A stretch of 60,932 nt of DNA from Gammaproteobacteria bacterium (GCA_004357495.1 SMWD01000005.1:1-60932); one strand, 5' to 3'; numbered from the stretch's first letter, positions 13,369-23,541 are shown. The notes: a model not told the origin generated them from the letters alone. Translations and numbers: made by a program.

Positions 13369-13737
13369 CTAGTCGATCAGCAGGGCCGCGACGACCCGGC
13401 GGAGTTCGCCAGACAGGACGTTGAAGGTCCGGCAGGCCGCGGCGGTATCCATGACTTCGAAGCCGATGCCGGCGCGCATGATGTCGGTGATCAGTGTGTT
13501 CGCAGGGAAGTGCTGCGCGCTGCCGGTGCCGAACAGGATGATTGCCGGATCCCGGTCCAGCGCGGGCTGAAAATCCGCCATGCGCATCGCCGCGATACTC
13601 GGCGGCGACCAGTCGGCTATGATCTCTTCGGTGGTCAGGATGACCGGTGCCGTGAAGGTCTGGTTGTTGACCCGCAATTCGCCCGCCACGAAAGAACGAA
13701 TCACTATGCCGCTGCCTTGTTCCAGATTGAATTGCAT
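13369..13737 (-). CDS. Mth938-like (DUF498) domain protein
   Basis: 122 aa from ATG 13737 ('MQFNLEQGSGIVIRSF...AIILFGTGSAQHFP...GIGFEVMDTAAACRTFNVL'). The longer ORF to 14295 is antisense to recJ. Confidence 0.75.
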   Translation of the reverse strand: MQFNLEQGSGIVIRSFVAGELRVNNQTFTAPVILTTEEIIADWSPPSIAAMRMADFQPALDRDPAIILFGTGSAQHFPANTLITDIMRAGIGFEVMDTAAACRTFNVLSGELRRVVAALLID

Positions 13738-13794
13738 ACGCTCCCATGGTACCGGTCGAGCCTCGCTCCTGGCAAACAGGGCGGCGGTCACGGC

Positions 13795-15543
13795 ATGAGC
13801 CCGGCGGAGCCGCTTCAGCGCCGTATTGTCCGTCGCGCGACGCCCGAGGCGGCGCTGGCCGGTCTGCCCGACGATCTCCATCCGGTTCTGCGACGGGTCT
13901 ATGCCGCGCGTCAGGTATCGGCGGCACAGCTCGAGCCCTCGCTGGCGCAGCTGATTCCGGTGGGTGAGTTGGCCGGCGCCCGGCCTGCCGCGGCGCGTCT
14001 CGTGCGCGCCTGGGAGCGCCGCGAGCGGGTGCTGATTCTCGGCGATTTCGACACCGACGGCGCGACGGCGACGGCGCTGTGCGTCAGTTGCCTGCGCGCG
14101 TTCGGATTCGCAGACGTTGTCTATCTCGTGCCGAACCGGATCGAATTCGGCTATGGCCTGTCGCCGGCAATTGCCGATCAGGCTGTCAAGTTGTCGCCAG
14201 ACCTGATCGTGACCGTCGATAATGGCATCTCCAGCATCGATGGTGTGCGGCGCGCCAGACAACATGGCATCGATGTGCTGGTGACCGATCATCACCTGCC
14301 GGGCCTTGCATTGCCGGATGCCGTCTGCATCGTCAACCCGAACCTGGCCGACGAACCGTTTCCGAGCAAGTGTCTGGCCGGTGTCGGGGTGGCTTTCTAC
14401 GTCATGGCGGCGTTAGGTCGCGCGCTTGCCGAGCGGGGCCATTATGATGCCGGCAAGGCCCGCACGGTCGTTGCCGGCGCCCTCGATCTTGTCGCACTCG
14501 GCACGGTCGCCGACCTCGTTCCCCTCGATTACAACAACCGGATATTCGTCGCCGAAGGACTTGCGCGCATGCGTGCGGGTCGCACGCGGCCCGGTATTCG
14601 CGCGCTGTTCGATAGCGCCGGGCGCAAGCTCAAGGATGCTCAGGCGTCGGATCTCGGTTTCTCGGTCGCACCGCGCCTGAATGCCGCCGGGCGACTGCGG
14701 GATATGAAACTGGGTATCGATTGCCTGCTCGCGACCGATGCCGGGCAAGCGCGTTCGATGGCCGCTCAGCTCGACCGGCTGAATATCGAGCGCCGGGAGT
14801 TGCAGGCACGCATGGAGGCGGAAGCGAAAGAACATGTCGCCGCGGCACAGGCCAGCGTCAGCGGAGAATCCGCCGATACCTATTGCCTGTTCGACGACGC
14901 GTGGCATGAGGGGGTTGTCGGGCTGGTTGCATCACGCGTCAAGGACCAGGTTCGCCGGCCGGTCATCGCGTTCGCGAATGCCGATGCGCCCGGCATGCTG
15001 AAGGGTTCGGCGCGTTCGGTCGACGGCATCCATATTCGTGATGTCATCGACCGGGTAGCCGCGCGTCATCCCGAACTCGTGCCGAATTTCGGTGGGCATG
15101 CGATGGCGGCGGGGTTGTCACTGCGCGCGGCAGACTTGCCGCGCTTCCGCGCGGCCTTCGAGTCGGAAGTGGCGCAATATGCGCGCCTGCTGGCCGAACC
15201 GGACGTCATCTGGACCGACGGCGGGCTGACCGCCGACGAGATGCAGCTGCCGCTGGCCGAGGAATTGCGACGGGCCGGCCCGTGGGGGCAGGGGTTCCCT
15301 GAGCCGCTGTTCGAGAACACCCTGGAGATCGTTGACTGGAAGTTATTGCAGGCGCGCCATCTCAAACTTCGGGTCAGCCATCCCGGCGACGCGCGGATCG
15401 TCGACGCGATTGCGTTCAATCAGCCCGAGTTGCCGGAACTGGGTGAGGGCGCTTGCCTGCGGCTCGTGTACCGGCTGGACGTCAATGAGTTTCGCAGCCG
15501 GCGGACCGGACAGCTGATTGTCGAGCACCTGGTTGTCGATTAG
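13795..15543 (+). CDS. recJ: Single-stranded-DNA-specific exonuclease RecJ
   Basis: 'VLILGDFDTDGATATA', 'VTVDNGISS', 'LVTDHH', 'GGHAMAAGLS' DHH/DHHA1 motifs. Start trimmed to ATG 13795. Confidence 0.95.
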   Translation: MSPAEPLQRRIVRRATPEAALAGLPDDLHPVLRRVYAARQVSAAQLEPSLAQLIPVGELAGARPAAARLVRAWERRERVLILGDFDTDGATATALCVSCLRAFGFADVVYLVPNRIEFGYGLSPAIADQAVKLSPDLIVTVDNGISSIDGVRRARQHGIDVLVTDHHLPGLALPDAVCIVNPNLADEPFPSKCLAGVGVAFYVMAALGRALAERGHYDAGKARTVVAGALDLVALGTVADLVPLDYNNRIFVAEGLARMRAGRTRPGIRALFDSAGRKLKDAQASDLGFSVAPRLNAAGRLRDMKLGIDCLLATDAGQARSMAAQLDRLNIERRELQARMEAEAKEHVAAAQASVSGESADTYCLFDDAWHEGVVGLVASRVKDQVRRPVIAFANADAPGMLKGSARSVDGIHIRDVIDRVAARHPELVPNFGGHAMAAGLSLRAADLPRFRAAFESEVAQYARLLAEPDVIWTDGGLTADEMQLPLAEELRRAGPWGQGFPEPLFENTLEIVDWKLLQARHLKLRVSHPGDARIVDAIAFNQPELPELGEGACLRLVYRLDVNEFRSRRTGQLIVEHLVVD

Positions 15544-15632
15544 GGGCATTCCGATTAGCATACGCGCGCGCCCGGAAAGAATTGGCCGGGCAGGTCAGGT
15601 ACCCGTAAATAAATGCAAAGGCGACGCGACCG

Positions 15633-16728
15633 ATGGAAACCAATCAGCTCAAAATCAGCATCAAGGACTTGCAGGATCGCAGCAGTGCCTTGAGGGGGTA
15701 TCTTTGACTTCGAGGGCAAACAGATCCGGCTGACCGAAGTCACGCGCGAACTCGAAGACCCCGAAGTCTGGAACGACCGATCTCGTGCCGAAGCACTGGG
15801 CAAGGAGCGCGCGCGCCTCGAATCAGTCGTCGATTTGCTGGAATCGGTCGGCGGCGTCCTGACGGATTCGAGTGAGTTGCTCGAACTCGCCGAGGCGGAG
15901 GACGACGACGCGACGGTGGCCGAAGTCAAGTCTGATGTCGCGCGTATCCGGGCGGATATCGAGCGCCTGGAATTTCAGCGCATGTTCAGCGGCAAGGCAG
16001 ACGCGTCGAATGCTTTCCTCGATATTCAATCCGGTGCCGGCGGCACCGAGGCCCAGGACTGGGCGGAGATGTTGCTGCGCATGTATCTGAAGTGGTGCGA
16101 ATCAAACGGCTTCCAGGCCGAGCTCATCGAGGCATCGCCCGGCGAGGTTGCGGGCGTCAAGAGCGCGACCGTGCATGTCGTCGGCGACTACGCATACGGT
16201 TGGCTGCGCACCGAGATCGGCGTGCATCGCCTCGTGCGCAAATCACCGTACGATTCCGGTAACCGGCGCCATACGTCGTTCGCGTCCGTGTTTGTTTCGC
16301 CAGAGATTGATGACAACTTCGAGGTCGAGATCAACCCGGCGGACCTGCGCATCGACGTCTACCGCGCGAGCGGCGCCGGCGGGCAGCACGTGAATCGGAC
16401 AGAATCCGCCGTGCGTATCACGCATAATCCCACCGGGATTGTCGTGCAGTGCCAGAACGACCGCAGTCAGCACAAGAACAAGGCGACGGCCATGAAGCAA
16501 CTCAAGGCGAAGATCTACGAGATGGAACAGCAGAAGCGGCGTGCCGAGGCGCGGGTAGTCGAGGACGCGAAAGCGGATGTCGGCTGGGGCAGCCAGATTC
16601 GCTCGTACGTGCTCGACCAGTCGCGCATCAAGGATCTGCGCACTGGGGTCGAGACCGGGAATATCGAGGCCGTGTTGAACGGCGACCTGAATCGCTTTAT
16701 AGAAGAGAGTCTGAAACAGGGGCTTTAA
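15633..16728 (+). CDS. prfB: Peptide chain release factor 2 with programmed +1 frameshift: join(15633..15704,15706..16728)
   Basis: Frame 0 reads '[24 protein letters not shown]' then TGA. The +1 frame continues '[12 protein letters not shown]...' into the 297-aa ORF containing '[19 protein letters not shown]' (GGQ) and 'SPF/SPY'-type '[15 protein letters not shown]'. Confidence 0.95.
15693..15708 (+). promoter_or_regulatory. RF2 autoregulatory +1 frameshift site (SD-like AGGGGG, slippery CTT, TGA C)
   Basis: The sequence AGGGGGTATCTTTGAC is identical in form to the classical prfB frameshift cassette. Confidence 0.9.
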
Positions 16729-18242
16729 TGAGTCACGATAACGACCCGATCGGCGCGGCACAGCCGCCGGGAGACCACCGCCTGGTTGCGGAGCGCCGGC
16801 GCAAACTCGACGACTTGCGTGCGCACGGTTTCGCCTATCCGAACCAGCGCCGCCGCACGGCGCTGGCCGGTCAGATCGTAGCCACCTATCAGGATCACGG
16901 CGACGAGCACTTGCGCGACGCGGCCATCGAGGTTTCGGTTGGCGGGCGCATGATGGTCAAGCGCGTCATGGGCAAGGCGAGTTTCGCGAAGCTTCAGGAT
17001 CGCTCCGGACGAATACAGATTTTCGTGCAGCGTGATGTGGTCTCTCCGGAAGTCTATAAGTCGTTCAAGAGCTGGGATCTCGGCGATATCATCTGGGCAC
17101 GCGGCACGGTATTTCGGACGAAAACCGGCGAGATCACGGTCAAAGTGGCCGAGATCGAGTTGTTGACGAAGTCCCTGCGCCCGCTGCCGGAGAAGTTCCA
17201 CGGTCTGACCGATCAGGAGATGCGTTATCGCCGGCGCTATGTCGATCTGATCATGAACGAGGACTCCCGGCGCGTATTTCGCGTGCGAACCGAGGTCGTT
17301 CGATATATCCGGTCGTACCTCGATGCGATGGACTTCATGGAGGTCGAGACGCCGATGATGCAACCGATTCCCGGCGGCGCCGTCGCGCGGCCGTTCATCA
17401 CGCATCACAACGCACTGGATCGCGCGCTGTATCTTCGCATTGCACCGGAGCTGTATCTGAAGCGACTGGTCGTTGGCGGTTTCGAGCGCGTCTACGAGAT
17501 CAACCGCAGCTTTCGCAACGAGGGCATCTCGACCCGGCACAATCCGGAATTCACGATGCTCGAGTTATACATGGCCTATGCCGAATACCACACGCTGATC
17601 GACTTGACGGAGAACCTCGTCCGCAGTCTCGCAGTGATGTTGTTCGAGGACCAGGAGGTCGAGTACCAGGGCAGGACGTACGATTTATCAAAACCGTTCG
17701 CCCGCTTGAGCGTCCTCGAAGCCGTCGCCCGGTTCAATCCGGACCTCGATGCTGGCCGGCTGCGCGATGGTGTGTATCTGGCGGGAGTCTGCGAGCAACT
17801 CGGGATTCCGATCAAAGAGGGGTTCGGGTCGGGCAAGTTGCTGATTGAGATCTTCGAGAAGACGGTAGAAGATCGGTTATTCGAGCCAACATTCATTACC
17901 GGATACCCGGCCGAGGTCTCGCCGCTGGCGCGACGTTCGGACGATGACCCGTGGCTGACCGATCGTTTTGAGTTTTTCGTCGCCGGGCGTGAAATCGCGA
18001 ACGGTTTCTCGGAGCTGAATGACCCCGAAGACCAGGCCGAGCGCTTCCGCGCGCAGGTCGCACAGAAGGACGCCGGCGACCAGGAGGCGATGTTCTACGA
18101 CGAGGATTACATAACCGCGCTGGAATATGGCATGCCGCCGACGGCGGGGCTGGGCATCGGCATCGATCGGCTGGTGATGTTTCTGACTGATTCCGCATCG
18201 ATTCGCGACGTGCTGTTGTTTCCGCTTATGCGGGATGTTTGA
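16728..18242 (+). CDS. lysS: Lysine--tRNA ligase (class II)
   Basis: 'MSHDNDP..' start overlaps the prfB stop (TAATG). '[10 protein letters not shown]', '[10 protein letters not shown]', '[22 protein letters not shown]', '[17 protein letters not shown]'. Confidence 0.95.
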   Translation: MSHDNDPIGAAQPPGDHRLVAERRRKLDDLRAHGFAYPNQRRRTALAGQIVATYQDHGDEHLRDAAIEVSVGGRMMVKRVMGKASFAKLQDRSGRIQIFVQRDVVSPEVYKSFKSWDLGDIIWARGTVFRTKTGEITVKVAEIELLTKSLRPLPEKFHGLTDQEMRYRRRYVDLIMNEDSRRVFRVRTEVVRYIRSYLDAMDFMEVETPMMQPIPGGAVARPFITHHNALDRALYLRIAPELYLKRLVVGGFERVYEINRSFRNEGISTRHNPEFTMLELYMAYAEYHTLIDLTENLVRSLAVMLFEDQEVEYQGRTYDLSKPFARLSVLEAVARFNPDLDAGRLRDGVYLAGVCEQLGIPIKEGFGSGKLLIEIFEKTVEDRLFEPTFITGYPAEVSPLARRSDDDPWLTDRFEFFVAGREIANGFSELNDPEDQAERFRAQVAQKDAGDQEAMFYDEDYITALEYGMPPTAGLGIGIDRLVMFLTDSASIRDVLLFPLMRDV

Positions 18243-18348
18243 GCTGCGGGGCAGGGGCGCGGGGTAGTCAGCCAGTGGCCTGATGACAGGTGCGAGCAGC
18301 GCGTTTCATCAAGGTTCTCTGGCCGTCAGTTACCGGTTAGGAATGTAT

Positions 18349-19089
18349 ATGGATACAGTGCTGACAGTGATTTCCTGGCAGAGGCTGATGTTTGCCATTC
18401 TGCCGGTGGCTGTCGTTATCGGCATCATGTTTCGTTGGTCCGCGGGCGCCAAAACTGCGATTTATGGCACGCTGCGAATGCTGATCCAGTTACTGCTTAT
18501 TGGCTATGTACTGGTATATGTTTTTGCAATCGATCGGCCCGCATACATCATTGGCGTCCTGGTGATTATGCTTGCTGTGGCGAGTTGGATCGCGATTCGG
18601 CCACTACAGAAAAAGCAGCCACAGATTTATCTCAATTCACTCGGTGCGATTTCCGTGGGCGGCATCCTGACTCTCGCGTTGGTCAGCCAGGTGGTTATCG
18701 GTGTTCAGCCATGGTTCAGTCCGCGCTACGTGGTACCGCTGGCGGGAATGATTTTTGCCGGGTCAATGAATGCCGTCAGTCTCGCAGCTGAAAGACTTCA
18801 GTCCGAATACGACCGGGGCACGCCGTATGCAGAGGCCCGGCGAATCGCGTTGCAGGCGGCGTTGATACCGATCACAAATTCTCTGTTTGCAGTGGGGCTC
18901 GTGTCGCTGCCCGGGATGATGACCGGTCAGATTTTATCCGGTGTTTCACCGCTGGTAGCAGCGAAGTATCAGATTATCGTTATGACCATGCTGTTCGGTG
19001 CTGCGGGTATTTCGGCGGCACTGTATCTGGTGCTGGCCAAGCGTAGCCTGCGACACACCGTCGGGCATTCGATTTCGACACAGGACTGA
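18349..19089 (+). CDS. FetB/YbbM-family (UPF0014) ABC-type permease, no partner ATPase in the window
   Basis: Multi-TM protein 'MDTVLTVISWQRLMFAILPV...LRMLIQLLLIGYVLVYVF...SLPGMMTGQILSGVSPLVAAKYQIIVM' resembles the YbbM/FetB family. AGGA lies 6 nt before ATG 18349. Visibly lower G+C than the flanks. Confidence 0.65.
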   Translation: MDTVLTVISWQRLMFAILPVAVVIGIMFRWSAGAKTAIYGTLRMLIQLLLIGYVLVYVFAIDRPAYIIGVLVIMLAVASWIAIRPLQKKQPQIYLNSLGAISVGGILTLALVSQVVIGVQPWFSPRYVVPLAGMIFAGSMNAVSLAAERLQSEYDRGTPYAEARRIALQAALIPITNSLFAVGLVSLPGMMTGQILSGVSPLVAAKYQIIVMTMLFGAAGISAALYLVLAKRSLRHTVGHSISTQD

Positions 19090-19154
19090 TTTAATTGACT
19101 GATATTTTCGCCGAATGAGCCGATCACGCTCGATGTTATTTGGTCAGGCAATCG

Positions 19155-19510
19155 TTATAACGGGCTGATCTGAATCTCTTGCTCCCGATCGAGTCGGATT
19201 TTGCAATGGCCTGCTGCTTTGCTGATGGTGTGGTTTTTGCCATATAAACTTACGGTAACGCCGGGATACACCGTGCCGCTGACTTCGATGATCGCGTTTC
19301 TGTGTTCGGGGTGGACGAGTTCATACAACCGTCGGACGAGTGCTTCTTTTTCGTCACCGCATTGTCGATGGCGTCCTGCAATATGCCGCACACGACACCT
19401 GCCTCGTTCAGGCGGGTCAGGACCGACTCTACGCTGAACGCATCCGTGGCGTCGTCGCTCGGCGCCACACTCAGGGTTGCCTGATCGTCAGTGATATCGA
19501 GCTCGAGCAT
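19155..19510 (-). pseudogene. Remnant of a FapA/DUF342-family gene (N- and C-terminal ends fused, frameshifted)
   Basis: The 86-aa ORF starts 'MLELDITDDQATLSV...VLTRLNEAGVVCGILQDAIDNAV' (FapA N-domain-like). The overlapping 78-aa ORF ends '...NAIIEVSGTVYPGVTVSLYGKNHTI...IRLD' (DUF342 C-terminal-like). The two are in different frames, and the total is far shorter than intact family members. Confidence 0.5.
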
Positions 19511-19617
19511 CCGTTTACCTTAAATACTTGCCTGTATCAGGTTATCGGGACGAACGCTGCCGATCTTTAATGCCTGCACGGCTGCGCCGTCCGGAGTATC
19601 GGGGCGCAGGCGCCCGT

Positions 19618-20556
19618 TCACCCGACCGCGTAGGGCAATTCCAATCGCTCCAGTGTCCCGCTGGCTGCATCGTCCGCGAACCACTGGCCATCCGACTGGT
19701 CGATTGCGATCACGGCGGTCAGCTCGAATGCTCCGCCGTTCGGTGCGACCGAGACGATCTTGCCGGTCGCTTGTGAGGGGCCGTGGATCGTGGCACCCGG
19801 TTCGAGGCCGGCAGCCTTCGTCGTGAAGCGGTACATGCGCCGCTTGATGCGGCCGAGATTCTGCGTGCGGGCGACGATCTCCTGCCCGACATAGCAGCCT
19901 TTTGTGAAACTGATGCCGTCGAGCAGATCGAGGTTCAGCATCTGCGGGATGAATGCCTCGGACGTCGCCGCGCAGATGCCGGGCAGGCCCGCCGTGATAT
20001 CGGCGAGTTGCCAGTCGGCGATGCCGGCGGTACCGAAGCCGGCCTGGGTGCAGACGGCCCGGACGTGTTCGGCCGGGCCGCACAGCCAGGCGCGCGTCGG
20101 ATCGCCGATGAGTCTGGCGACGATGAGTTCACCGGCCCCGGGTTCATCGGCCGAGGCCGCCGCGCCGGGTTCGACGGGGAGCTCGAGATTTCCAAGCGTC
20201 AGCGGGGCATCGGCCGCGAGCCCGATCAGGCCGGCGACCGCAAAATTCATCACTGCGATCTCAACCTTGGCTCGCAACACGAATAGCCCAAGGCGACGGG
20301 CTATGCCGTCGATGATGTCGGCCGGCAACGGCCACCACAGCGCCTCCGGGCCCGGCAGCAGCTGGCCGACCGCCAGCAGGCGGCCCTTGGCCGTGGTCCA
20401 GCCGGCAAGCCGGCTGTGCCGGGGGTCAATGCGGTCGACGTCCTGAGTGAGCTGGCCTTGCAGGAATTCGATGCGGTCCTCGCCGCTGATACGCAGGAGC
20501 TGATGTCGGTCAAGTTCAACCGCGCACATTCCGGCGGGGGCAGGGAATCGGGACAT
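19618..20556 (-). CDS. ygfZ: Folate-binding Fe-S cluster repair / tRNA-modifying protein YgfZ
   Basis: Signature 'FTKGCYVGQEIVARTQNLGRIKRRMY'. The N-terminus 'MSRFPAPAGMCAVELDRHQLLRISGEDRIEFLQGQLTQDV' fits the family. The upstream ORF extension is rejected. Confidence 0.85.
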   Translation of the reverse strand: MSRFPAPAGMCAVELDRHQLLRISGEDRIEFLQGQLTQDVDRIDPRHSRLAGWTTAKGRLLAVGQLLPGPEALWWPLPADIIDGIARRLGLFVLRAKVEIAVMNFAVAGLIGLAADAPLTLGNLELPVEPGAAASADEPGAGELIVARLIGDPTRAWLCGPAEHVRAVCTQAGFGTAGIADWQLADITAGLPGICAATSEAFIPQMLNLDLLDGISFTKGCYVGQEIVARTQNLGRIKRRMYRFTTKAAGLEPGATIHGPSQATGKIVSVAPNGGAFELTAVIAIDQSDGQWFADDAASGTLERLELPYAVG

Positions 20557-20611
20557 GGTGTGCAGAAATTCTGATACTGAAATAGTCGGGTCATTCTGGC
20601 ACACTAGCGCC

Positions 20612-20647
20612 CATGTCAACACCCATGTCAAAACCCATGTCAAAACC
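20612..20647 (+). repeat. Tandem repeat, 3 x 12 bp (CATGTCAA[C/A]ACC)
   Basis: catgtcaacacc / catgtcaaaacc / catgtcaaaacc encodes MSTP-MSKP-MSKP at the 5' end of the DUF1674 gene. Confidence 0.9.
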
Positions 20648-20858
20648 CGGGCAGAGCCTGGATATCACCGCAGACAACGGCGATTCCATTGCCGCGGATG
20701 CCGGTCAGCAAGCGGATCGAACCGGCCAATCGGACGGCCGTGCGGGTAAGACTGCCGTTAAGGCCGGACCGCCGGCACGCGAGTTCGGCGGCCCCGACGG
20801 GCTCGAGCCGACGCGTTACGGGGACTGGGAGCACAAGGGGCGCTGCATCGATTTTTAG
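20613..20858 (+). CDS. DUF1674 (SDHAF4-like succinate dehydrogenase assembly factor) protein
   Basis: C-terminus 'EFGGPDGLEPTRYGDWEHKGRCIDF' is the DUF1674 signature. Lies immediately upstream of sdhC. Three in-frame ATGs in the repeat are possible starts. Confidence 0.8.
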   Translation: MSTPMSKPMSKPGQSLDITADNGDSIAADAGQQADRTGQSDGRAGKTAVKAGPPAREFGGPDGLEPTRYGDWEHKGRCIDF

Positions 20859-20981
20859 CCCGCCGTGTGCCGTTACAGACATCGAACCTTTACCCATCGC
20901 TCGCGTTGCCGTTTCGAGGCCCAACCGATGCGGGTCGGCGGGTGGAATGAACGATCGGCCTTGAGCAACTGAGGTAAACCA

Positions 20982-21365
20982 ATGGTCCGTTATGAGCGAC
21001 CGCTTTCGCCGCATCTCGACGTGTATCGGTGGGAGGTCAGTAACGCCCTGTCGATTCTGCACCGGGCGACCGGCGTCGCGCTGTCATTCGGCGCCATCGC
21101 ACTGGTCGGCTGGCTCATGTCCGTCGTCGGCGGGCCCGCTGCGTATAACGCGTTGAACGGTTTTTTCACGGGGCCGATCGGCGGGCTGATGCTGTTTGGC
21201 TGGACGTTCTGTTTCTTTTATCACCTGTGCAACGGCATTCGGCATCTGGCCTGGGACACCGGGCGGGGTTTCGAGAAGGACCGGGCGCGCATGACCGGCT
21301 GGTTCGTGGTTATCGTTGCGCTGGTCATGACGCTGGCTGTCTGGCTTGCGGCATTCATCGCGTAG
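20982..21365 (+). CDS. sdhC: Succinate dehydrogenase cytochrome b556 subunit
   Basis: 'RPLSPHLDVYRWEVSNALSILHRATGV' and three TM segments; 127 aa. Confidence 0.9.
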   Translation: MVRYERPLSPHLDVYRWEVSNALSILHRATGVALSFGAIALVGWLMSVVGGPAAYNALNGFFTGPIGGLMLFGWTFCFFYHLCNGIRHLAWDTGRGFEKDRARMTGWFVVIVALVMTLAVWLAAFIA

Positions 21366-21376
21366 AGGTTCAGGGT

Positions 21377-21757
21377 ATGCAATCTCCTTTGGCAAAGGTT
21401 CTGGGTCACGGGTCCGCGCAACAGGGTACCGGCCACTGGTGGGGTCAGCGCCTGACGGCGATTGCCCTGGTGCCGCTGACCCTGTGGTTTGCGGTCGCGA
21501 TCATGGGCAGCATGCCGCAGGGTAATTGGCACGACCTGTCTGCGTGGGTCGCCGAGCCGGTGCATGCGATTCTGTTGATTTTGCTGGTGCTGACCATGGT
21601 GCAGCACTCGAACCTGGGTCTGCAGGTCGTCGTCGAGGACTATGTGCACGGTGCGACCGTGGTGGTCGTGCTCATCGCGGTCAAATTCGCGCATGTGGCA
21701 CTCGCCGTTGCGGGCGTTTATGCAGTGATCGTCATCTCCGTGGGAGCGGGTCGATGA
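21377..21757 (+). CDS. sdhD: Succinate dehydrogenase hydrophobic membrane anchor subunit
   Basis: '[27 protein letters not shown]' from ATG 21377. The stop overlaps the sdhA ATG (ATGA). Confidence 0.85.
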   Translation: MQSPLAKVLGHGSAQQGTGHWWGQRLTAIALVPLTLWFAVAIMGSMPQGNWHDLSAWVAEPVHAILLILLVLTMVQHSNLGLQVVVEDYVHGATVVVVLIAVKFAHVALAVAGVYAVIVISVGAGR

Positions 21758-23541
21758 GCGCTGCCTACCCGTTTATCGATCACACGTACGACGTCGTCGT
21801 CGTCGGTGCCGGCGGCGCGGGCCTGCGTTCCACGTTTGGGCTGGCACAAGCCGGGCTGACGACGGCATGCCTGACCAAGGTCTTTCCGACGCGCAGTCAC
21901 ACGGTAGCAGCGCAGGGTGGTATCAGCGCCGCACTCGGCAACATGGGTGAGGATGACTGGCGCTGGCATATGTACGACACCGTCAAGGGTTCTGACTGGC
22001 TCGGCGATCAGGATGCGATCGAATACATGTGCAAGCAAGCGCCGGATGCGGTGATCGAACTCGAGCACTACGGCGTGCCGTTTTCGCGTACCGAGGACGG
22101 CAGGATTTACCAGCGCCCGTTCGGCGGCATGACGACGCATTTCGGTGAGGGTACGGCCCAGCGCACGTGCGCGGCTGCGGACCGCACGGGGCACGCGATG
22201 CTCCACACCCTCTATCAGCAGTCACTGAAGCATGATGCGACGTTTTATATCGAGTTTTTCGCGATCGATCTGATCATGGAAGACGGTGAGTGTCGCGGCG
22301 TCGTGGCGATCGACATGGCCGAGGGTACATTGCATCGCTTCCGTGCGCGGCGCGTCATTCTCGCGACCGGCGGTTACGGTCGGGCATTCCTCTCGTGTAC
22401 GTCGGCGCATATCTGCACCGGTGACGGCAACGCCATGGTTCAGCGCGCGGGGCTGCCGCTTCAGGACATGGAGTTCGTGCAGTTTCACCCGACCGGCATC
22501 TACGGCGCCGGCTGCCTGATCACCGAGGGCGCGCGCGGGGAAGGCGGTTACCTGACGAACTCGGCGGGCGATCGTTTCATGGAGCGTTACGCACCGAATG
22601 CCAAGGACCTCGCATCCCGTGATGTCGTCAGCCGTTCGATGACGATCGAGATTCGCGAGGGCCGCGGCGTTGGCGAGCATGCCGATCACGTGCACTTGCA
22701 TCTCGAACATCTTGGCCCGGAAATTATCGACGAACGCCTGCCGGGAATTGCCGAATCGGCGCGGATCTTCGCCGGTATCGATGTCACCAGGGAACCGATC
22801 CCGGTATTGCCGACCGTTCACTACAACATGGGCGGAATTCCCGCGAATCGTCACGGCGAGGTGCTGACACTGGATGCCGGGGGGCAGGAGACCGTCGTGC
22901 CGGGCCTGATGGCTGTCGGCGAAGCGGCCTGCGTATCGGTGCACGGCGCGAATCGCCTGGGCTCGAACTCGCTGCTCGATCTGGTCGTGTTCGGGCGCGC
23001 GGCGGCTCATCATTGTGCCACGGAACTTGTGGATCCTGGCCGGCAGAAGCCGCTGCGAGCGGATGCCGGCAGCTTTGCCGTGGAGCGTCTCGACAAGCTG
23101 CGGCATGCGAATGGCAGCCGCCCGACGGCCGAGATCCGGCTGGAAATGCAGCGGCACATGCAGAACCATGCGGCGGTGTTCCGCACCGGCGAGGTACTCG
23201 AGGAAGGTATCGAAAAACTCGCACAGACCTTTGCATCGTTCGCCGACGTCAAAGTCTCGGACCGCGGGCTGATCTGGAACACCGATCTGATCGAGACGCT
23301 CGAACTCGAGAATCTGTTGTCCCAGGCCACGGTGACCATCGCATCGGCGGCCAACCGGAAAGAGAGCCGGGGCGCTCAGGCCCGCGAGGATTTCCCGGAT
23401 CGGGACGACGAGAACTGGATGAAACACACGCTGGCGTGGTGTGACGAGAAAGCTAACGTCCGGTTCGGCTATCGGCCCGTGCATCTGCAGACGTTGACCG
23501 ACGAGGTCGAGTCCGTGCCACCCGCGGCGCGCGTGTACTAA
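21754..23541 (+). CDS. sdhA: Succinate dehydrogenase flavoprotein subunit
   Basis: '[15 protein letters not shown]', '[11 protein letters not shown]' (flavinylated His), '[21 protein letters not shown]'. Confidence 0.97.
   Translation: MSAAYPFIDHTYDVVVVGAGGAGLRSTFGLAQAGLTTACLTKVFPTRSHTVAAQGGISAALGNMGEDDWRWHMYDTVKGSDWLGDQDAIEYMCKQAPDAVIELEHYGVPFSRTEDGRIYQRPFGGMTTHFGEGTAQRTCAAADRTGHAMLHTLYQQSLKHDATFYIEFFAIDLIMEDGECRGVVAIDMAEGTLHRFRARRVILATGGYGRAFLSCTSAHICTGDGNAMVQRAGLPLQDMEFVQFHPTGIYGAGCLITEGARGEGGYLTNSAGDRFMERYAPNAKDLASRDVVSRSMTIEIREGRGVGEHADHVHLHLEHLGPEIIDERLPGIAESARIFAGIDVTREPIPVLPTVHYNMGGIPANRHGEVLTLDAGGQETVVPGLMAVGEAACVSVHGANRLGSNSLLDLVVFGRAAAHHCATELVDPGRQKPLRADAGSFAVERLDKLRHANGSRPTAEIRLEMQRHMQNHAAVFRTGEVLEEGIEKLAQTFASFADVKVSDRGLIWNTDLIETLELENLLSQATVTIASAANRKESRGAQAREDFPDRDDENWMKHTLAWCDEKANVRFGYRPVHLQTLTDEVESVPPAARVY

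Noticed and set aside
12428-13927. 499-aa minus-strand ORF spanning nlpD, the spacer and the Mth938-like gene
   Set aside because: It crosses two well-supported genes and a repeat-containing spacer. It has extreme Arg/Pro composition and no domain signature, so it is a GC-content artefact.
20557-20643. ygfZ N-terminal extension 'MTWVLTWVLTWALV...'
   Set aside because: This is simply the reverse reading of the 12-bp tandem repeat at the start of the DUF1674 gene. The YgfZ family N-terminus fits ATG 20556.
21526-21753. Long N-terminal extensions of track ORFs (sdhA from 21526, recJ from 13510, lysS from 16449, recO from 32648, lpxK from 56231, and others)
   Set aside because: The extensions overlap the upstream gene in another frame and translate to Arg/Gly-rich junk. 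The family N-termini begin at internal ATGs that form ATGA/TAATG junctions with the upstream stop.
22222-23484. 420-aa ORF antisense to sdhA. Similar cases are 42725-43912 antisense to mfd, 46880-48043 antisense to lolE and 56339-57394 antisense to lpxK.
   Set aside because: All lie fully inside strongly supported genes on the other strand and have low-complexity Arg/Asp/His-rich translations. There is no independent evidence of coding.
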